A stretch of DNA of 64,000 bases from Obrimoposthia wandeli (taxonomy: Eukaryota). The DNA lies in the NCBI GenBank assembly GCA_977020255.1, contig CDROCS010001071.1, positions 1,984,001 to 2,048,000 on the forward strand, in the 5' to 3' direction. The position numbers were made by a program, and so were the translations under genes. Within the stretch, counting starts at the first letter, position 1, and every line of letters begins with the position of its first letter. The notes under the pieces are model-generated. The model was given only the letters and a program-made list of their open reading frames with translations, searched no databases and was not told the origin of the DNA. Positions 27,901 to 42,900 of the stretch are shown one piece after another.

Positions 27901-30900
27901 TGTTAATATCTTTACCGATTCAAATTTTTAACACATGTTCATCGATGCAAAGCTTTCTAACAATTTAGCCCTGTGATATGTCAATTTTTTTGTTTTATTT
28001 CATTTTTTAAAAATTTGATTTCATCTCGGCATTACCAGTTGACATAATAATAACATATTTATTCGTATTCCCTTTCTTCTCGAAGTGCAATAAATTCGCA
28101 ATGATTTAAAGCTAGTTCACGAATAAAATTTATTGTTTCCATTTGCAATTTCTTGGCACACAAAAATACATATTATCGGTCGGCGTGTTAAATTACCACT
28201 ATGAAACAACTAATGTAGCCCGTTATCGTCCATCGGGTCCGACCAAAAATTATGTCATCATTTTAGTCTCAAATTTATATTAATTCTAATAATTTCAAAC
28301 GCTGACGATTTTTATTTCTTTTTTTTAAAAATAATTTCAATTATGTTTCTTCAAGATAATTGTTTTTTAAATAAAACTTATATCCCAAAACATTAAAAAC
28401 CAATTTGTTTGCCATTTTCGCAGGCTATACTAAAAATGCTAATGAAAAAATTCTAATAAAGTATTAAATAGTTATAAACGTTTAATGTTTATGACTGTTT
28501 TTTAAATTGTGTTTATGCGTTCCTGATGATTTCTTTTTAATTATATTACCCTAGGCAGTAAATAATCCATTTATTAAAGAATGTTTAAGTTTGTGTCAGT
28601 TCTAGGCACAGGTCCAACCAAAGAAATTCGAATGTTTACCCCATTTAATCCTTCTCCCGTCTGTGCAAAGAAGGCGATGATGATGTAATACTTCGAAGAT
28701 AAATACAGTTTCTGTGTGATGACGAGAACCTGATTTAATCAGCACATATATGTGTGGACACTGTTTTGTCTACTGATCCTCGAGATTGTGATATTCGTAA
28801 AATTAAATCTTTATCGACAACGCAACATACTGTGTGTGTTGTGTGTGTTTGTCCGTGTGTGGCCGCGTGAAAATTGTCAATTTCCGGGAAATGAGGATCA
28901 TTGCATCTAGACATTCTCCCTATTCCAATCTAATTAGTGTACATCGCAAATGGGTTACAAATACACATTAACAAATTGAAAGTGATACTTTCGTCTATAA
29001 ACATTCCAACTTTCTGATTTTTGATTCTTTTATTACAAATATACAAATATCAATAACTCACAAAAAAATACAAATATCTAAAGTATCTGCAAATGTGAAA
29101 TAATGGACAACTAAAAAATTGAGGTGTTTTTAAGCTATAAATGATAGATTTATAAGATAAAGCGTAACATTAAATATATTACTATTTTTAATAAGTCTCA
29201 CAATTTTAGTAAGCTTTACCAACTGTATTTTCAAAGTATTATCTTGTATATACGAAACTGCACCAATATGGCGATCAGCGAATTTATTTCCAACTTTGAA
29301 GGATTAAATTTAAAATTTATAAAAAAAAACTTTGGAGTTTAGAATAGCGTCATTTATTGAAGCAGCAGCTAGCTAACAAACATTTGGTTCATTTTTAATT
29401 TCTTGCACAATGACAATTAAAATTTTCTGACCCATTATCTGCGGACGTTAATGAAATTGATGATAAATATCAAATAGAATTAATAGAACTTTTTTAGAGG
29501 GAAGTAAGTCTGCTGGCATTTTCTAAGAAGTATTTAAATAAAAAGAATAACCAGAACTTTGTAAAAACATAATTAAATTGTATCTATGTTTGGAATTACC
29601 TACATGTATGAACAGTTATTTTCTTTGATAAGCAATATTAAATCTTAAAAATGAACAAGATTAACAGACACACATCTTGTAGATTTATTAAGAGTGTGTA
29701 ACAATAGTAGCGATGCAATAAACCTTTATGAAATTTACAGGAGAAAAAAGAAGATATTTACTCTTTTTTATTCAGTACATGTACATTAAGGATGGTCGAA
29801 CTTTTAAATTCTAACTCGGCATAATGCATAGATATAATTGTGGTCCTAAACAAGATATTAAAAAACTTACAGTTGTGAAACACTTCCTAACCCTTGCACA
29901 CTCCACCCTATTCTTGTATTATTGTCTATACTTTAGGTAAATTCAAAGGAATCAGAAATATATATTATAAAATGACTAATAAAAGTATATGATATTCAAA
30001 ATGCAATAAATAAAGTCTGCATTATGAATAAAACAACATGTTTAGAAAAGTTAAATTATATTAATTTTTCTATTGAGATTTCCACTGATAAGCAAGCATT
30101 TGTTTCCTTAATTCTTGAACAATCAATATATATTTGTACCTATTCTCATAGCCTTTGTGATCTTGAAAAGCTTTTGTTACTAAATTAATTGCCCTCAACT
30201 CCTTGATTGTGCATCTCATTCATTTATTGGTATTACTTTGATACGGGAATATTTTTGATCAAATTTTTACTCCTAATATCTACGTGCAAATGTCAAACAT
30301 CTCTGGAAATGATTTAACATTTTCATAGAACTTATCATTTATTATTTTAAAAGGAACTTTATTTAATTTTATTATTGAGGCTATAATCTTTCAACATTGC
30401 TTGAAATTCCATCCAAGCAATTATAAGGGAAATAAAACTGGTTCCGAATATCTTTTACATCTTTTGCAACCAGTATGTATATTCTTTTAGAAGATTTTGT
30501 CGCTTTTGATAAAATTTCCTCTCCTTATAATGAATGGATAATGTCTAATTACATCTGCATTAGGGGTATCATAAAAACTAAGAACAATGTTGGATGTTTA
30601 AAAATAGAATTGAAAGATTTGCTTCTTTTATACATCTTGATATTATAAATTCTAAAATTGAATATAAATAAACTTATTATAAAACAACATTTATATAGTG
30701 GATATGTTGGAAGATATACAAGGTATTAAATATCTCTAATATTTTATATATTTAAAAAAAAGAAAACCGTATTTAATTCCGTGCATTTTGCTGAATAAGG
30801 AAAATAAAAAATTGTTTCGCCCCTCCCCATTTTGGATATATTTAGTTTATTTGTAATCAATTAAATGATGTTTTGGCACTTCATAAACTAATATAATAAA

Positions 30901-33900
30901 CGTGTAGCCCACTGTAAACGACTTCTAAGAATAATATTCAGAAATCGGATTTGTTTATTAAACATTTTAATTCTCAGATTAGAACAATTGGAGACTAAAA
31001 ATACAGATTATATTTCAAATTTCCAAAAATTAATTTCAGTATAAAGGGTCATTATCGCTTCTTTTATTTTATGTGACCACGACTAAATTATAAATCAATA
31101 TTATTATATTTCCTAACTTACAATGTGTTGCACCTTCTTGGGAATGTCTGTCTGTATGCGGTTAAGTTTTTATTAACTAATGTGTTGTTGCACCGACAAC
31201 GCCTATGTACCACTGATCACGGGATGATTATTAACATTACAGAATCTCATCCCAGATAATGTTGCAGCATAAGAGCCTGTCACCAATCAATTCATTTGAG
31301 ATAAGAATTATTTTTCACTGGTGTAGGCTCAGAAAAGGCCACAGTAAGTTAGAGAATGGCATTGAACGTATTTATACTTACTCTATCTCAATGATATTGC
31401 CAATTACATTTGTATATTAATGTTTCTTAAATAAATCTATATTTATTAGTATTTTGTTTAGAAAAGATAAAAAAACGATGTTGTTTTTTGTCCGTGAAAT
31501 AAATGTGAATTTTATGATTGATTTGAAATGTAGATTATTTGTTTTTATTCGTAAACATATTTTTCACTTACGATTTACTTTGTGTTCATGTTTTAAAGTA
31601 ATGTTCTGTAGTTCCCGCTAAACTGACGAATATATAAGGTCTACTCTATGCATATTAATGAAATTGTATGTCTGGAATCAAAAATATGAAAGTTTGATAT
31701 GTTTTCTTATGATTGCGCTCATTTATTAAGATTTATTTTTTATGTAATTGGTAGATACCGGTTTTATGTCTTTGTACTGGCAGATATGGTTATATTTTGT
31801 CCTAGCATCCTTCTAAATAATATATCAGTAATGGATTTTCATATTTTCAAAAAATATATGAGAGGGTTAGATATGACTTATATTTTGTTCACTCGTACGC
31901 ATAACATCAATACAATGCATTTTCTATCATACCTTTTTTGAAAAAATACAGTCATGGTCTTTTATCGTAACGCAGCAGGGTTGCGTTCAAATTATCCATT
32001 TTTAGTGGTCCCTTATAACTAGATCTAAAAGTATTGTAAACACATACAAATAAGCTCGTATAGACCTACACTAATAAGTCATGATGAACTGGAGCTTGCT
32101 TATAAAAAGCCTAATCATTAAATCGCATTTCATCCAAAGTTTGAAAACCATATAACGGTCTATTGACCGCGATACAAGGATATTGAACTATCCTAGAAAT
32201 ATTCTCTGAAATATTATATTTTAGAATTTTCCATGTAAATTCGATGTGCAAAATGCAATTTAAATACAATGGAATCCGTTTAAGAGGACCACGTTTTAAA
32301 ATAAAATGTCCTCCGATTACTCGGAATAACCCCTTTTCTATATTACATAATATGTTAATTTACAAACATAATTTACCTATTGAAATATAAAAAAGAACAA
32401 AATGAAAGAAATTTAAACATTTTATTAATGAAACAATATATGAAAATAATACATATTACTGAGTCAGGTAAGAGTCTAATATGCGTTGGTTTTAAGAATT
32501 TGAATTATTTTTATTGATCTCATCTTGAAGAAAATAAATCGAGTACATGTTGCATCATGTATTTTGAAGAGTTTCAACACATATCATTGTTGTCTTACGA
32601 TCGATAAACCGTCTTTTCTATTGCTGTTTGCAATAGTTTGCTGTTCAACATCTCTATAACCTTTGACAACAAGCTTGATTGCTTCAAGCATTGAGATCTT
32701 TGAGCTACTGTAGATCCCCAGATTCGAGATTGTTCAATGTGAGCTTCATTAGCTCTAACCGATAGAATCCCTCGAGGTTCTCAATGTTTCCTCGGTTTAC
32801 TGATTAATTGATAAAAGTTGTATTAAAATGTTTTTTTACAGTTAATTTATTTATTTTTATTTTGTTGATCAATGTTATTACACAATGAAATTTAATAATT
32901 GAATTTCAGAAAAATATTAAGTGACTATAGTCATTAACTGTAATGATTAACAAAAAAATTGAAAGAATGATGATATAATTTTTATCGATGAATGTTAATA
33001 GGCCTTTTCCAACTTCTTCAATAATAATCGTCTCTCTATTTCTCTCTTGGCCCATTTAAGACGCAATTAAATTTACGATATCTAGTTTTTTTTTAAATAA
33101 TTTATGCACAGTTCTCGTGTATGTGTATCCCATCATTCGGCAAATCCAATATATTCTCCATAATTTTCAATGTGATCAACTTTTGTTCCTTTAGTCTAAA
33201 CTTATTCTGGGGAAAATAATTAAAAACAAAAATAATACTGTTTCATCCATTTGAAAATAGGAAATTCAAACATAAATATAAGTTTATAGGATTCAATCAA
33301 ACGAAGCATCCTCACAAATTGTGTTATATTGTTGAATATCCATTTTAAATAAATATTTTTGAAATTATGATTATTCACATGAGTTTAATTCAATTTCAAT
33401 AAAAAAACGATTTGCATTTGTTGCACTGATGAATTCATTTGTGCATGCTATGAAATTTTAGTATAAAAACTATTCTATGCCATTTTCACTCATCAATTTT
33501 TTAGATTTTATCAGAGTCGAATTCATTTGTATTTATTTAAATGTATTAATTAAAACTCACAAATATAATCAGTTAGTAATTTTCTTGTTTTCTATGACTG
33601 TATCGTTAAGTAGTACATTTGAAACATAGTAACCTAGAATATACAGGTCATTTTGAATTGGTCAGACTAAAAATGTGGTTTTAAAGTGATTAATATTCGA
33701 CTATTTTTTAAACCGATGTGCTCCGATTAATAAAAAAATAAAAGAAAGTCATTAAAATATTTATTATTATCCATAAAAGTAAAGAATTTGGCACTGCACA
33801 TATCCCAGCCAACTAATGGAATTTAGGCAGTCTAGTTTCTAATTCAACGCCAAAACTCTGATAGTGCATAATTTCTCGATTGTTTACTTTAATATCTTGT

Positions 33901-36900
33901 GATCGACCCTTTCTGATCATTGTATTTATATACTTTTTAGGATTTCAACTATTTCTAAATATGCATCATGCTACAATATGCTATACATTATTTTCTCTAA
34001 AATAACGGGTCATTACTGAAAATTTGGACTATTTTATTTTTTGTTTTAACTTTTTTAGAAAGTTAAATGTATAAGGAACAAAACCATGTTGCGTAAACAA
34101 TTTTATAAATTAAAATTTTTAGCACGTGACATATTGAGGGAAATTTAGTTGAGCAATAGAGAGCCACTTTGAACTTCAAAGTCGCAAAATATTTCAGTGA
34201 ACTTTTGAAATTGCCAAATCAACAATTTACAACATTCTTAATTTGTATAAATTCTCGGGAACTAGCTGCTAAAGTAGTGACTTTAAAATACATCTAAACT
34301 ATAGTGAAGGATGTGACGTCACAAAAAAAAGGTCTCAGAATGAACCGGTCTCAAAATATGAAATCTCAATCATATGTTGACAAGTTAATTCATTAAAATT
34401 TTATAAAGACGTTCAAAAAATAAGGCCACCACATGTTTCACTGGCACAAGCACTTATTCAGGAAAAAACGAACATAAAGCTCAATCAAGAACTACTTGAA
34501 ATTGAAGCCTCAATATTATTATTGATGATGAGTGCTACTAAATTTCAGGTAACTTATAATCAAAACAAGCACAAGTTAGTGAAAATAAAGAACAACTTTA
34601 TCTCCACAAATGATATTATGTTTTTTTTTATCCTTTGAGTTATCACATATACTCAATGCAATTGTTTTGTTCTCTAAAGAAATATGTGATGAAGTTGACT
34701 GGCCAGTTATCATTCTTGCTGATACCATTCTCCATTGGGTTTATTTTCAAATATATTTTACAATTTAAATCTAGAAAATTAAATTACAAATTGATTAAAA
34801 ATTAAATGGTTGTTACTTTAATTATAGTTTAATAATTGTTTAGGATATACGAGGGAAAAGTCAATACCATCCAAAGCAATGTATTCACACAATTGAATTA
34901 TATGATCGGGTTCATCATCTAAAGCTAAAGGAAGATAAGATTTTAGATAAATGTCACTCATTATGTTTTACAAATAACTTATAGAGATGTTGAGTTAATG
35001 TGAAGGTTGGGGTTGTGATATTTTGGATTATGCACAAATGTATCTGCATCTCAACACGAATATGTCTTTATCCAAACATGTTTATGAGCACCACTTCTCT
35101 GGTCATCTGTTACACATTCATGTGTTTCAAACTTTACGATTTCGCAGGAGCTGTTTTTACTAAATAGTTTTTCCATTCATCTTGAATAACTTTGTAGTTT
35201 CGCATAGCATATTAATCCGTGATTATATAAATGCTCTTTTGCAGTTCCAACCGAAGTCCTGTATTAATTTAACTGATATGGGTATAACTTATGTATAATT
35301 ATAGATATTACTCATTATATGTTACTTTTTTATATATATATATATATATAGAGAATGATCAAACCTCATGCAACTACAACCATTTATAATGTTCTCACTT
35401 TAACACCACAATCAATTTTTCTAGAAGAATCATAAAAAATTATGAATGGAATGGGGGAAATATTATTTTTTAATTAAATAAATAATTAATTTGTGGATTT
35501 AAACTAGTTGTCGAACCTTGGCATGTGGATTGTGTAGCTTTGCTGGGCTTTACGAAAAAAGAAGTAATATATGGATTTGTGAGGTATTAAACAGAAGTGT
35601 TAAACAAGTCAATTTCAAATGGTTAAATACAGATTGAAACCGAATGTTTTTTAAAAAATGGAATCTTTAAATCTTATACAGAAATCTGCTTTTAATTATT
35701 TTAACTTCTCTTGATATTCATCTAAAGAGTTATGATTTTAAAAGAGAAGTGATTCAACCTTTCATCATAAAGTCATTTTAAAATGTTTCTGTATTTTTCT
35801 GAAAGCTGAATAAAAAGTTGAATCAAATCAGATATATCTGTCTCATTTCTCTGAAGCAATTAAAATGAATCATTAACGGATGATCAATTGCAGCTGCTGA
35901 TCATCTAAAAATAGTAATAGCTAGCGTTATATATATATATGACATTTTAGGGTTTTTAAAAATAAACTTTCTATAATTGGCCCTCCCATATTCGGTGTAC
36001 GTAGATTCACACGTATGTCATCTGATTTCTATGCCTGACTGGTCGATGATGACTTGAAAGATTTCGGTAGTCTATTGTTGTACGCGCACAAATATATCGA
36101 CGATACAAACCGATTGTCATATGACGTCCAGCAGCTACGAGAATACAGGAAGGTCATTTTTTGACCGGCACAACATCGCAACCATTCGGTGGTACATCCG
36201 ATTTAGGCAGCGATGCTATGTAAATATATGTAGTCACGATCACCATCAACAAAATTCGTGACTTTGTGAATGCAGTTTATATATATTATCGATTAGCACA
36301 GCCTACAAACCATTTTGCGATTTCACCACTACATGTTGTAATTCCAATATATTGGAGCTTCTTTTAAAGTTTTTAAAGCATTTGCAGATTTGAAACCTAT
36401 TCTGTTTTACACATTAGTCTTTGAATCTCTAAAATTAAAATTCAACAAAATAGTAAACTGTAACACAACATAAATTTATTTTGATAACCTTTTATAACTA
36501 TCCTAACGATAAATAAACATTTAGAAGTTTTCGAAACATGAAGAAAGTATTCTTAATTGTTTCACCTGTTTCAGATAAAAATAAGATAACATATATTTAT
36601 GCAGAGTTATAATCTAATGCTGATGGATTATTGAAAAGCGCATAAAACATTTTTTAACGAATCTTTGAGATTGGAATTTGGTAGCTCAACAACTTTTCAT
36701 GATACTTAATTTTGAAAGTCTGCAAGAAATATTTATAATCTTTCGATTTCTTACATAACTTGTTTTTAGTTGAAGTTTTTACGAATAGTTGTCAGATTTC
36801 ATTTTTACTGTTATGCTATTTGAATTTTCAGATATTATTTATGTAATTTACTATTTTCTGAATAATTAGCGAAACTTTGAATTCACCTTTGGTTTTTATC

Positions 36901-39900
36901 TATAGTCTGCATTTTTGAAGCTGGAATCATAAAGTTGTAAATATCTCCGACTCCGGATTAAATATATCCAATTCAATTTTAAAACTTATATAAGCTTTTT
37001 AAGATACATTTCCTTTCAAAATACTGTATTCGTTATTATAAGTGCCATCGGAATTATTTATTTTGAGCTTGTAAGAAGCTTATATTGAAACAGTGTCTTT
37101 TATTGGATATAAAAATTAACAAAAATATATACTTGATACACATTTATTTTCCACACTTATACATGTATCATAGTCAGTATCATTACTACTCTTATCGTCC
37201 GCACATATCCTCATCTGACGAAATAATGTGTCATTATTTCGTTCTAACTCCTGCAAATACATTTCAAGCTGCTTGACAGTATGGATATTATCTTCTTCGT
37301 TTCTTCCCTTTGTTTTGCCTACTTTAGACGACTTTTATGTCGATGTAACGATGTGTCTTTCATACTGCCACACCCCTTTATACATGAGAAATTTACTAAT
37401 AGGTTTTACATTGCGCTCTAAATACAAAAAAAAGTATATTAATAAATATATTTATCTAAATATCTTTTAATTTAATCTATATTTCTAAAGCAACTTAAAG
37501 TAGTTTAAGAAATCGAGTAGACTGATTGCTTAATTTTCCAGTATTATCTATGTTTTTCTCTCTAACCATACAATACAACAATAAACTAGTAATAATACAA
37601 ATATGTTATAAGGGTATTTGTTAAGAATGTATATCCCAGAGATGTGCAATGTTGTAATTGAATAAGTGGATCGGTCGAATCCAAATTGTGAAAATTGATA
37701 TAATAACGAACAAGGTTATAAATATTTGTAGACAAATGTAAAATAATTGTAATACTGTATTAATTTATCTCATTTATCTCTAATTACATAATTATATAAA
37801 CTGAATACGTATAAAAACCTCGGCTCCTGGTTTTCCTATTTTTAAATAAGTTGAATTTGACTCAATTTATTTTATTACAAATATATATTTTTATTTATCG
37901 GCTGAGTCATTAAATAAGCAACTGACAATTTTAATACATTCTTTGATACATATTCTGTTATATCTAATTGTTAGAAACTTAATATATGATTTAGCAATTT
38001 TTATAATTCTTATTTCTATTCGATTTAACTGTTATGTAACTTTAAGCTTTTTACAGTCATTAATATAAGGTTTTAATATAGTTTTATTTACTGCTTCTGG
38101 ATTGCAGTCAAAGAATGCCATCAGCATAGAGATGATTATTCAAATCAAAATGTTTGATTAATTAAATTTATTTCATTATATGCATTAGTAAAAATTATTT
38201 GTAATCCTTTCAGCTGCATATTTTTCTTCTAAATAATTTTTATAGCTTTTTCGTAGTTGTATATTTGTTAAAACCATGTTTAGACTAGATTGATGAGGGC
38301 TACACAATGGTAACAACATTTACAGGATTCAACATCGTCTTCCATGTTTATGCTTGCAGCTACGGGCTCTCACTCATTGTACATATATATCCATTTTGTT
38401 TTATTTTAATTAATTTTAACATTTCGAAGTCATACAGGTATTTATCCAAAAAGTGGCTTTTATTAAACTTTTGATAATGTTGGGGTTTCTATATGAAACT
38501 GCTTTGGAGTTTAGATATAGATCCTCTGATGGAGGGCCTCAACGTGAGTTCTATAGAAGCAGGACTTGCAGTTGTTCGTGGCCTACTTAAGTTGTGCTTG
38601 CCTGTCTAAATTCTTATCTGAAGGTTTGTTATATCTAGGTGTGAGGGGTCTGTAACAACGCTGTCTAGTTGTAGGAAATATTTTATTCTCTAAAACACAC
38701 TAAGTTACGTTCTAAACACGTTCTAAAATGACAAAACTAATCCAAAGAACTTTTCACAAAGTATCTACACGTTTCGCGTATCAATTTTAATTGAGGGTTT
38801 CTGTTCACTAGAGTCTTAACTCTAAAAATATGAGCGTTGTCTGTTTAGTTGATTTTAGAGAGCTGGTTGCTCTAAAACAGGGTTTCTCAACGGGGGCCCT
38901 GGGGCCCCCTGGGGGGCCACACAATTTGCCAGGGGGGCCACACTAGCCAAACAAAAATAAAAAATTAACACCCCTGTTTTCACTGGGTTAAACACTTCGA
39001 TGGCTGCACACGTGTGCCACAAATAAATGTTTGACATGGAATAAAAACAGAGTATAGACTTCTAGATACATATGGACGCGACGCGTCAACTTATTGCGTG
39101 GGCGTACCAGCCCAATGAGGGCCGACGGTAAAACATCATAATATGCCTTTGCAAAAATATCAACGCGCTACAAAAGTTTGTGTGGCGGATGTGGCATGTG
39201 CATAATCATCATCCTGAGTAATCTATGGACTAAAATCAGTAATCGTGTTGTGTCTCAGCGTGTGAAGAGAAGAGTGTCACACTTCATGTGTACATGCCCA
39301 AAATACGCTGCCATTGTAAAATGCTACCTACCTAACTCACAAACGTGCACTTGTGTTTGTTTTGAATGAGTCAGTGGTTGATTTCTTTCTTCTTGTTTGT
39401 CATTCACCATATCTGAATGTACACACATAGGACCTTGTTTTTCTAATTGTATTTTTGCTCACGTTACCCTTGTAAACAATTTTCATTTCTGATTTTTAGT
39501 TGACAATGAGCAGCAAGAAAAAGTGCAGACAGTATAATTGTGATTATTTACGTTTCGAATTCATTGCAAGCCAAAGTAATTCTCAACTTCCTGAGTGTAT
39601 TGTCTGTAACACTGTGCTCTCCAATGACTCAATGCGACCATCAAAACTTGAGGCTCATCTCCAAAAGAAGCATCCTGACATTGCAACAAAACCGCGCGCA
39701 TATTTTACTCAGCTTCGTGATCAGAGGACAACAGCCTCAACCCAATTGCGAAAATTTGTGGTTCCTCAGAACTCTACTTCTGGCTTAACAGCATCATATA
39801 AAATTGCATATTTAATGGCGAAACAGGGTAGAGCGCATACACTGGCAGAGCAGTTGATTAAACCTGCTATTTTGGAAGCATTTAATGTTGCCAATATATC

Positions 39901-42900
39901 AAATCCACAGTCAGTGCTCGCATCGATTCCTCTCTCAAATGACACCATATCGCGACGTATTTCTGATATGGCTGCAAATGTGGAATTCATCATCACAAAT
40001 GATCTTCACAATTCACAATTCTCATTGACGCTTGATGAAAGCACATTTTCGAACCAAGCGGTTGTTTTGGCATTTGTCCGTTTCGTCAAGGATAGACAAC
40101 TCAAGGAAGAGTTGTTGTTGTCAAAACTGTGGCGAATCTGTGTATAACACAGTCTGTAAGTACTTCGAGGATCATGGTATAGACAAGAGAAACATGATAT
40201 CCATTTGCACTGATGGTGCCCCATCTATGGTGGGTAAAAGCAAGGTGTTGTCGGTCGCTTTCTGCAAGACAGGACCATCTTTACAATGCACTGTGTACTT
40301 CACCGTGAGAATTTGGTCGCGAAAGACTTGGGCGGAACAACTTTGATGGATTGTCTTAAAATTGTTGTCTCAGCAATTAACAAAATAAAGGCAAGAGCTT
40401 TACAAGACCGCCTTTTTCGTGAAGCTTTTCAAGATGAGCACTTTAAATGCTTGCTTTACTATACTGAGATACGGTGGCTCTCGATGGGAAATAAAAAAAA
40501 AAATCTGTCGCGATTTGTTGCTCTTTTTGACAGAGTTGTTGAATTCTTGAGCGAAAGAGATGCTAATCTCACAAACAAACTGATTGAAAGCAAAAGCACA
40601 ATTTTATATCTGGAGGCAATATTTGGAAAACTAAACGAGCTTAACATGGTTATGCAGTCACAAAATTTCAATATTGTTGATGCCATGCGAATTATCAAAT
40701 CATTTATGAACAAATTGATCGTTTGGGCAGCAAGTATTCGTGCTGGTAACTTCAGTCATTTCCCAAAATTGGCCAACGATGTTTGCAATCCAGATTTGCG
40801 AGACATCATTTTAGTGCACTTGGAAGTCCTGTATACAAACTTTCAGCTAAGATTTGAGGATTTAATTGTGTTGACTGTTCCAGCATATATTGATTGTCTT
40901 CACGTCATGACAGTCGATCAAATCATCGATTTTCCTGAGAACATTCAAATGGAGTTATGTCAAGTTCTCGGAGATGACAAAATGGCATGTCAAAGCAGAA
41001 TTGGGTGGCAGCATGGCTGGAAAATTCAGAAATTTATCCGGAAATTTTCAAGAAGGTTTATCCCTTTATTGTTAATCTACCGACGTCGGTGTTAGCTGAG
41101 AAGGGGTTCTCAGTTGTCCTTCATTCGTTCGCAAAACAGCGGATGAATCTCAAGTTGTGTGACAATGCAGAAATCCGTTTACGACTTTCTGAAATTGCTC
41201 CAGATTTCACTACACTTGTTGGCAAACGCCAAGCGCAAGAGTCACACTAACATTTTTTAAATATAGTTTTCTCATTGATTATCTTTTTGAATGTTTCCAT
41301 GACAGAATAGTATAATTGAAAACAATACGTATACGATGTAATCTTTTTGTCCATAGTAGAGGGGGGCCACAGCAATTTGCTACAAACTAAAGGGGGCCGT
41401 GGTGAAAAAAGGTTGAGAAACCCTGCTCTAAAATATGGTCAAGTTAAGGTTATTGATTATTAAAGAGCTGGGTGCTCTAAAAATATGGGCAATTTTAAAG
41501 TAAAATTATTTTACTAGTTCTATCACCAGGATTAAAAATTATCTTACTAAGATTCAAAATTCTTATTTTTACTTAATCCTTTTATTAGGATTTAAAATTC
41601 TCTTATTGAGATTCAAACTTCTTATTTTTACTCAATCCTTTTATTAGGATTTAAAATTCTCTTATTGAGATTCAAACTTCTTATTTTTACTCAATCCTTT
41701 TATTAGAATTCTCTTTAATATATAATACTAGAGTCAGATTATCTTAGATTTCTCACCTTCCTTTTCTGACTTTAAAGTATTCTCCCGTTTGTCGGTCCTT
41801 CCTTCCACTTCTTTTCCTTGATCAATGCTACCTCGGAAGGCAATGTTAACCGGAACGATTTGTAGTCTGTTTTCTCTTGCTTTTATCTGGAACGCTGCTA
41901 TCTCGGAAAGCGATATTGTTCGGAACGATTTATACTCTGCTTTCTTTGCTCTTGCTTTCTCTAGAACGATGCTATCTCGGAAGGCAATATTATCCGGAAC
42001 GCTTTGTACTCTGTTTTCTTTTCTGAAATAAATCAAGTCACTACTTTTATTGGTGCTTCAATTACCTTTTGTTTTCTCTGGAACGATGCTTTCTCGGAAA
42101 ACAATATTATCCGGAATGATTTGTACTCTGGTTTCTGGAATCAATCAAGTAACTTATTTGATTTGTTTTATCGCTTATATCACTTTCACCAAACGTGATG
42201 TTCCCTAAAAAATAATTAAACTGCACTTAGTTTAAGTGCACCTACCTCCAAACGTGATGAATTCCCAGCGAGTCTGCGGGTTCCCTTGATCGGGCATTGT
42301 CTCGACTGTCTGCCAACTGTCAATTACCAGCGTGCGGTGGCTTCTGCTGATTGATTTTAGCTCACTTCTTGCTTCTGCTAATTGATTTTAGCTCACTTCT
42401 TGCTTCTGCTAATTGATTTTAGCTCACTGCTTGGCTGCTGCTATATTTTCTCTTTTTTGTCTTCTATAATTTTTTGCACTTCTGGGCCCTAAACTCTCCT
42501 TACAATAGCACACTTAACACTTGACCTCTTTAAGGTCCTAAAATACTTTTTTATAAAATTATATTAGTTTTAAATTTTAATTTATATTTTATTTATTTTT
42601 CAACCTTGCTTTCAAGGATTTATTTTAATGTATAAATAATTAATTATTTTCATTAATTATTAGAATCCTAATCCTAACAATAGCTTCATTTTCAGCTTCC
42701 ATTTCAAATATTTTAATTTATTTCTGTAGATTTAAAAATCAATATTTTAATACCAATAAATTTTAAATTTGTGTAAAGTTGTATTTAGATGCTTATATGC
42801 TATTGATTAATTTGTAGTTTATTCTATTTGATTATTTCATTGTTTCTCATACATTTATACATAGTAAGGGTTCCTAATATAACTTTTTCAAAATATCCCA

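Larger units (their letters stand above)
38478..42679 (-). mobile_element. Solo LTR related to the 3' LTR (~1.65 kb net), interrupted by a hAT transposon
   Basis: Reverse complement matches 20520-20665 and 17964-18240 (AAATCCTTGAAAGCAAGGTT, GGGCCC, CAATTAGCAGAA). Flanks ATAA/ATAG fit a 4-bp TSD with one mismatch. Confidence 0.85.

Noticed and set aside
30100-36300. Possible further transposase relics (Harbinger- or mariner-like hints at ~30100-30600, ~32460-33330, ~34850-35300)
   Set aside because: Only 3-5 residue motif hints with many stops; not enough to assign.
41734-42198. ORFs with internal repeats in the solo LTR
   Set aside because: They are translation products of the ~70-bp tandem array.
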